Source of the DNA: Treponemataceae bacterium
Lineage (GTDB): Bacteria; Spirochaetota; Spirochaetia; Treponematales; Rectinemataceae
Length of the DNA: 64,000 nucleotides
Assembly (NCBI GenBank): GCA_963678065.2
Contig: CAXXVZ010000002.1
Coordinates: 64,001 to 128,000 of the forward strand
Reading direction: 5' to 3'
The translations under genes and the position numbers were made by a program. Under the pieces are notes generated by a model, which saw nothing but the letters and a program-made list of their open reading frames with translations, did no database searches and was not told the origin of the DNA. Positions 59,021 to 64,000 of the stretch are shown one piece after another (position 1 is the first letter of the stretch; every line of letters starts with the position of its first letter).

Positions 59021-61592
59021 CGCTTTCCTCCATAAGTTTCCGCGCGCCGGCTTCCGTGCCGGCGACAATCCAGGCCGCCACGAGGCGGGCGTAGACGCTT
59101 TCCGTCGAGAGAGCTCCCATGGGAACCGCCCCCTCTTTCCATAATTCGTGGGCCGTGATGTAGCCCGAGAAGTCGACGATACCTTCCTGCTGACTCGTGC
59201 AGTAGAACATGACGCCCTTTTCGCGGCCTTGCCGCAAGGCCTCTTTCAGCGAGTAGGGCGACGATCCGACGGCGGCCGTCCCGGTGTCGTAGAGCTCGAG
59301 GATGAAGTTGCGGCAGCCCGAGGCCATGAGTGCCGTCACGATCTCGCCGCGCATGCCGGGAAAGATCCTGAGGATCATGGCGCTCTTCGCCGCGGCCTCG
59401 GCCCGGGCCAGGATGGACTGGGCATCGAGCCCCGCGAGGGCCTCCGCGACTACCGAGGCCGGGAAGGGTCCGGGCAGTTTCGCGCCCGAGGCTATGAGTT
59501 CGCCATTCCAGGTGCCGAAGCCAGCCTCCTCCACGCGCAGGAATTTGAGGTTGACGGGGTCGAAGGCCATGCCGTCCACCATGACGGCGACGCTTCCGGG
59601 CTCATTGCCAGCGCCCGCGGCGCCATGTGCGATGGCAGTGCCATTTGCAATGGCGGCGCGCAGGGCGGGCCCGAGCATGGCGGCGGCCTCGCGACTGTCG
59701 GCCGGGGCGCGGGTGGAAGCCGCGAGCACGATACGTTTGCCGAAGTCGCCGAAGAGCCACTGCACGAGGGGAGCCGTGTAGGCGAGTGTGTCCGTGCCGT
59801 GGGCGACGACGAGGCCGTCGGCCGAATCCCCCGCCGTCTTGCGCGCGAGGGCTTCGATGAGCCTGGCCCACTCCACCGGCGAGACTTCCTCGGAGAGGAA
59901 GGAGCCGACGACTTCCGCAGTAACGCCGATATCGGGCAGGGCCTTTTCCGAGACGGAGGCGGCGTCCCGTCCGGCCCTGTCGGCCGCGAGCATGTTCCTG
60001 AGATCTTCCGCCTCGCCGGGCACGACGAGGCCGCCCTCGGTCCTGCCCGTGATCGCTCCGCCGAAGGCGACGAGGTCGACCCGCCTCGAGGCGAATCGCT
60101 TCTCGACCATGGACCTGACGAGCTTCGGGTCGGCACGGCCGCCCGTCGCCGAGAGGGCTTTGCCCACGAGGTAGCCGAGGATCTTCGCGTCTCCCGAGGC
60201 CGCGGAGGCGACGGCGGCCGGATCGGCGGCGAATGCCTCGTCGATGGCCGCGGACACGGTGGCCGGATCGGTTATCTGGCCCCATCCCTTGGACTCGACG
60301 ATCGCGGCGGGATCATCGTCCTTTGCAAAAACGAGCTCGAGGACCTGCTTCGCGATCTTTCCGGAAATCCGCCCCTCTTCGATCATGACGACGAGGGAGG
60401 CCAGGCGCGCGGGAGTCAGGCGCATCGACAGGACCGACTCGGGCGCGATGCCGTCGCGGTTCATGATGCGCTTCACGTCGGAGGACATCCAGGCGACGAG
60501 ACGCTCGGGCGCCACGGACAGGCCCGAAACACGGACCGGGCCGCCGGCGGCAACTCCGGCGCTGGATACGGAGCCTGCGGCTGCCGGAGCCGGGGCCAGG
60601 CACCCGGCTGTCGCCTCGAAATAATCCGCGAGTGCCTTCTCCTCGCAGAGCCAGTTGGCCTGAGCCTCGGAGAGCCCGTACTGGGCGGCCAGCCGCTTCT
60701 CGCGCGGCTGCGGCAGCTCGACGAGGCCCGCGTCGACCGAGGCGAGGAACTTTGCGTCGGGTGTAAAGACGGGAAGGTCGGGCTCGGGGAAGTAGCGGTA
60801 ATCGTTCGCGCTCTCCTTGGAGCGCATCGACTCGGTCTGGTCGCGGTTCTCGTTCCACAGCCGCGTTTCCTGGCGGATCGTCCCGCCCTTGTCGAGAATG
60901 CCACTCTGGCGCTCGATCTCGTAGTTGAGGGCGAGGCGCACAAAGCGCGAGGAGTTGAGGTTCTTGATCTCGACCTTTTTTCCGAGGCCCTGGCCGCGCA
61001 GGTTGATCGAGACGTTGGCGTCGCAGCGCATGGAACCCTCTTCCATGTTGCCGTCGCAGACGCCGAGGTAGCGCACGGTGCGCCTGAGTTGCTGCAGGAA
61101 GAGCTCCGCTTCCTCGCCGATCTCGAGGTCGGGCTCGGTGACAATTTCGAGGAGGGAGACGCCCGCGCGGTTGTAGTCCAGGAGCGAGGTGTCGCCCGCG
61201 TGGATCATCTTGCCCGCATCCTCTTCGAGGTGACATTCCTTGATGCGGATCTTCTTTTTATTGCGCCGGAACTCGAGCTCTATTTCGCCGTTCACGCCCA
61301 GCGGCGAGGCGAACTGGGAGATCTGGTAGTTCTTGGGCATGTCCGGATAGAAGTACTGCTTGCGTTCGAACCATGTGACGGGCGAGAGAGTGCAGCCGAG
61401 GGCCCGCGCGACGAGCGAGCCCATGCGCATCGCCTCGATGTTGAGGGCGGGCAGGACGCCGGGGTAACCCATGCAGACAGGACAGATATTGCTGTTCGGC
61501 TCGTCGCCGAAGGAGGAGCGGCAGCCGCAGAAGACCTTGGATTTCGTGAGAAGGTGTATGTGGATCTCAAGTCCGACGAATGACTGGTACAT
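59001..61592 (-). CDS. gatB: Asp/Glu-tRNA amidotransferase subunit B fused to C-terminal asparaginase-like domain
   Basis: GLEIH, YFYPD.PK.YQISQ, HLEEDAGK, EGSMRCDANVS, DYRYFPEPDLP, YqeY tail; then FGGAIT, HGTDTLAY, IFPG. Confidence 0.93.
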
Positions 61593-61595
61593 GGC

Positions 61596-63101
61596 TTAGC
61601 TCCAGAAGGCGCGGTAACCCGCAGGCCGGGCGATGGGGTGGGCCGCCTCGTATGCGGCCGAGATGCCGAAGAGGAGGTCCTCGCGGAAGGCAGGGGCCAT
61701 GACCTGGACGCCCACGGGCAGCCCGTCCTCCACTGTGCCGGGAAACGACAGCGCCGGAAGTCCCGCGAGATTGGCCGCGCAGGTGAACTTGTCGGCCGCC
61801 TTCTGCTGGTACTGCGTGAGTTCGCCCTCGCCGCGCGCCCAGGACGGGACTGGGAAGACGGGCATGAGGAGGGCATCGCAGCTGCCGAATACGCGGGCGA
61901 AGTCATTCCGGATGGCCGTCCGCACCTTCTGGGCGCGGATGTAGTAGCGGTCCTGGAAGCCCGAGCGGAGCACGAAGGTCCCGAGGAGAATGCGGAGCTT
62001 CACTTCCGGCCCGAAACCAGCCTCGCGGGACATTTCGACGAGACTGTCCGGGTTTTCTGCGCCCGGGGCCCGCACGCCGTAGCGGATACCGTTGTAGCGG
62101 GCGAGATTCGCGCTCGCCTCGGCAGTGGCGATCGTGTAGTAGGCGGGGACGACGTACTCGAGGGTCGGAAGGGTCACGTCGACGAGTTCGTAGCCGAGTG
62201 CAGCGAGGCGCCTCCTGACCGTCGCGTAGCCGCGCCCGACGGCCGGGTCGAGCTCGCCGGGGGCGACTGCGAGGACACCAACCCTGGGTTTGCGACTGAC
62301 GCCTTCCCGCGAGGCGACGGGCGCGGCGGCCGTGCCGGCATCGACAGACATGCCGATGTCGCCGGCGCCTCTGGCGGGCGGATTCCTCGAGGTCTGGTCC
62401 ATGGGATCTTCGCCGCGCATCACCTCGAAGACAGCCTTGACCCGCGCGGTGCTGTCGCCGACGACACCGATCGTCTCAAGACTCGAGGCGTAGGCGACGA
62501 GGCCGAAGCGCGAAACCGCGCCGTAGGTGGGCTTGAGTCCGACGACGCCGCAGAAGGATGCCGGCTGGCGGACCGAGCCGCCGGTATCCGAACCGAGGGC
62601 GAAGGGCACGAGCCCTGCGGCTACGGCGGCGGCCGAGCCGCCCGAAGAGCCGCCGGGCACCCTTCCCGCGGCCCAGGGATTGTCGGTGAGCTGGTAGGCG
62701 GAGTTGTCTGTCGAGGAGCCCATGCCGAACTCGTCGAGGTTTGTCTTTCCGGTCACGAAGGCTCCGGCCGCCTCGATTCTGCCGACCGCGGTCGCGGTGT
62801 AGGGCGAGACGAAGCCCTCGAGAATCTTCGATCCGCAGGTGAGACCGAGGCCCTTCACGGCGATGTTATCCTTCACGGCGAAGGGAAGACCCGCGAGAAC
62901 TCCGCCGCCGCGCGCTTCCCTGACCGCCGCCTCTCCCGGATTGGATGCGCGGGCGGGGGCAAACTCGAGGAAGGACCTGATCCGCTCCTCCCATCCGGCG
63001 AAATACTCGCCAAAACCTCGTGGAAAACCGCTAAAATCCCGAGCATCTGTCGGTCCGGGTCCGGAACCGCGCTCTATATCGGGCTTTGTGCTCATGACCA
63101 T
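61596..63101 (-). CDS. gatA: Asp/Glu-tRNA amidotransferase subunit A
   Basis: AVKDNI, GKTNLDEFGMGSS, PGGSSGGSAAAV, GSDTGGSVRQPA. Confidence 0.96.
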   Translation of the reverse strand: MVMSTKPDIERGSGPGPTDARDFSGFPRGFGEYFAGWEERIRSFLEFAPARASNPGEAAVREARGGGVLAGLPFAVKDNIAVKGLGLTCGSKILEGFVSPYTATAVGRIEAAGAFVTGKTNLDEFGMGSSTDNSAYQLTDNPWAAGRVPGGSSGGSAAAVAAGLVPFALGSDTGGSVRQPASFCGVVGLKPTYGAVSRFGLVAYASSLETIGVVGDSTARVKAVFEVMRGEDPMDQTSRNPPARGAGDIGMSVDAGTAAAPVASREGVSRKPRVGVLAVAPGELDPAVGRGYATVRRRLAALGYELVDVTLPTLEYVVPAYYTIATAEASANLARYNGIRYGVRAPGAENPDSLVEMSREAGFGPEVKLRILLGTFVLRSGFQDRYYIRAQKVRTAIRNDFARVFGSCDALLMPVFPVPSWARGEGELTQYQQKAADKFTCAANLAGLPALSFPGTVEDGLPVGVQVMAPAFREDLLFGISAAYEAAHPIARPAGYRAFWS

Positions 63102-63240
63102 GCTCCTTTTTTGGACCTGCCGGCGACGGGAAATGCCTTCCGCGCCCCGGCCGGCTTCAACGGGATCGGCCCAGGGATTTCCCCGGGCATCCCTTCCCCG
63201 ACCTGCAATCCGCAGATGGGGCTACGCTGACTGGGTGGGA

Positions 63241-63534
63241 TTACAGGACGTTGGGAATGGCGATGAAGCGCTCTTCGCGCTCCGGGGCCATTCCCAGAAG
63301 ATTATTGGCGAGATTGGAGGGATTATTGGTGTCGGGCCTGACCCGGTTTTCGGAGGCGAGGGCGTGGACGGTGGGTTCGAGATGGTCTACATCGAGGAGA
63401 CTCATGCGGGAGAAGTTTTCCAGCATGGCCTCGAATGAGGGGGCGGCCGCAGCGAGCTCCGATTCGGTGACCGGAAGCCGGGCGAGACGCGCGGTGATGA
63501 CGAGGTCTTCTTGCAGCATGGAAGAGATTTGCAT
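63241..63534 (-). CDS. gatC: Asp/Glu-tRNA amidotransferase subunit C
   Basis: TARLARL, VDHLEPT, RPD, AP...FIAIPNVL; start may be ATG 63519. Confidence 0.9.
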   Translation of the reverse strand: MQISSMLQEDLVITARLARLPVTESELAAAAPSFEAMLENFSRMSLLDVDHLEPTVHALASENRVRPDTNNPSNLANNLLGMAPEREERFIAIPNVL

Positions 63535-63606
63535 ATTCCTTATACAAGTGTCAAGAATATTTATGCGAGGCGGACCGGAAAGCGTCGCCTTCCACCTCTC
63601 CGGACC

Positions 63607-64000
63607 TCATCCCAGCTCAAAGCTCGTGACGCCGAAAATCCGCTCCGCCCGCAGATCGGGCACGGAGCCTGTGTACATTCTCGCAGTCTCGAAGACCTTC
63701 TCGAGCCCGAGATCGCGCGCAATCGCGAGGGCGGCCACATTCGTTTCGGGAACATCCAGAAACCAGAGCGGGTCCCTGATCTCCCCGAGAAGCGAGGTCA
63801 GGATGGCGAGAGCGCATTCCCGGTCATCCGCGAAGAGCGGGCCGACCTTCCAGCCTTCCCTGCAGGGCCTGATCGCTCCGAAGCCCCTGATGGCCGACGA
63901 CTCCTTGCCTGAGGCGTGATCTCTCCCTGAAGGGAGACTCCCCCCTGCCCCGGAAAACCTGTCCGCAGCGGGTGCGGCGACAAGCGCCCGGGCTATCGTC
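63607..64000 (-). CDS. GNAT-family acetyltransferase, C-terminal part (enters from window end)
   Basis: Manual translation: ...GFGAIRPCREGWKVGPLFAD...LDVPETN...FETARMY...IFGVTSFELG-stop. Confidence 0.85.
   Translation of the reverse strand, partial: TIARALVAAPAADRFSGAGGSLPSGRDHASGKESSAIRGFGAIRPCREGWKVGPLFADDRECALAILTSLLGEIRDPLWFLDVPETNVAALAIARDLGLEKVFETARMYTGSVPDLRAERIFGVTSFELG

Overview
GC-rich bacterial chromosomal window, most likely from a spirochaete (Treponemataceae/Rectinema-like). This is an inference from the rpoN-hpf-hprK-ptsH-lexA-holA order, a stand-alone DbpA-domain protein, the aroD-aroE fusion and the Era GRPS P-loop. Left to right: a copper-homeostasis cluster (copA partial, csoR, DUF2933-like gene, HMA/TauE/double-cupredoxin gene); grpE-dnaK-dnaJ divergent from rpoN-hpf-hprK-ptsH-lexA-holA; housekeeping genes (TraB, YchJ, CBS-PPase, pth, era, aroDE, ApbE, PAP2); tRNA-Leu(CAA); a sugar-ABC/phosphodiesterase/PfkB operon with an atypical DeoR-like regulator; iadA, HD-GYP and LuxR genes; a ribose-type ABC plus GH3 operon; a ~17.5 kb lower-GC catabolic operon with its GntR; and gatC-gatA-gatB-aspS. 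Best novel-system candidate is the 40.2-57.6 kb operon (two nucleoside hydrolases, ABC importer, aldose isomerase, ADP-ribosylglycohydrolase-ankyrin fusion, LarA racemase, HprK/PEPCK-like kinase, ComA-like sulfolyase, split transketolase, aldehyde:ferredoxin oxidoreductase, ketose 3-epimerase). Its enzyme set reads as a possible 'sulfo-pentose-phosphate' pathway ending in reverse-ComA desulfonation. Second highlight: GatB fused to an asparaginase/GatD-like domain lacking one catalytic Thr. No integrase, transposase, CRISPR or rRNA seen. Product calls are by motif recognition only; no database searches were run.
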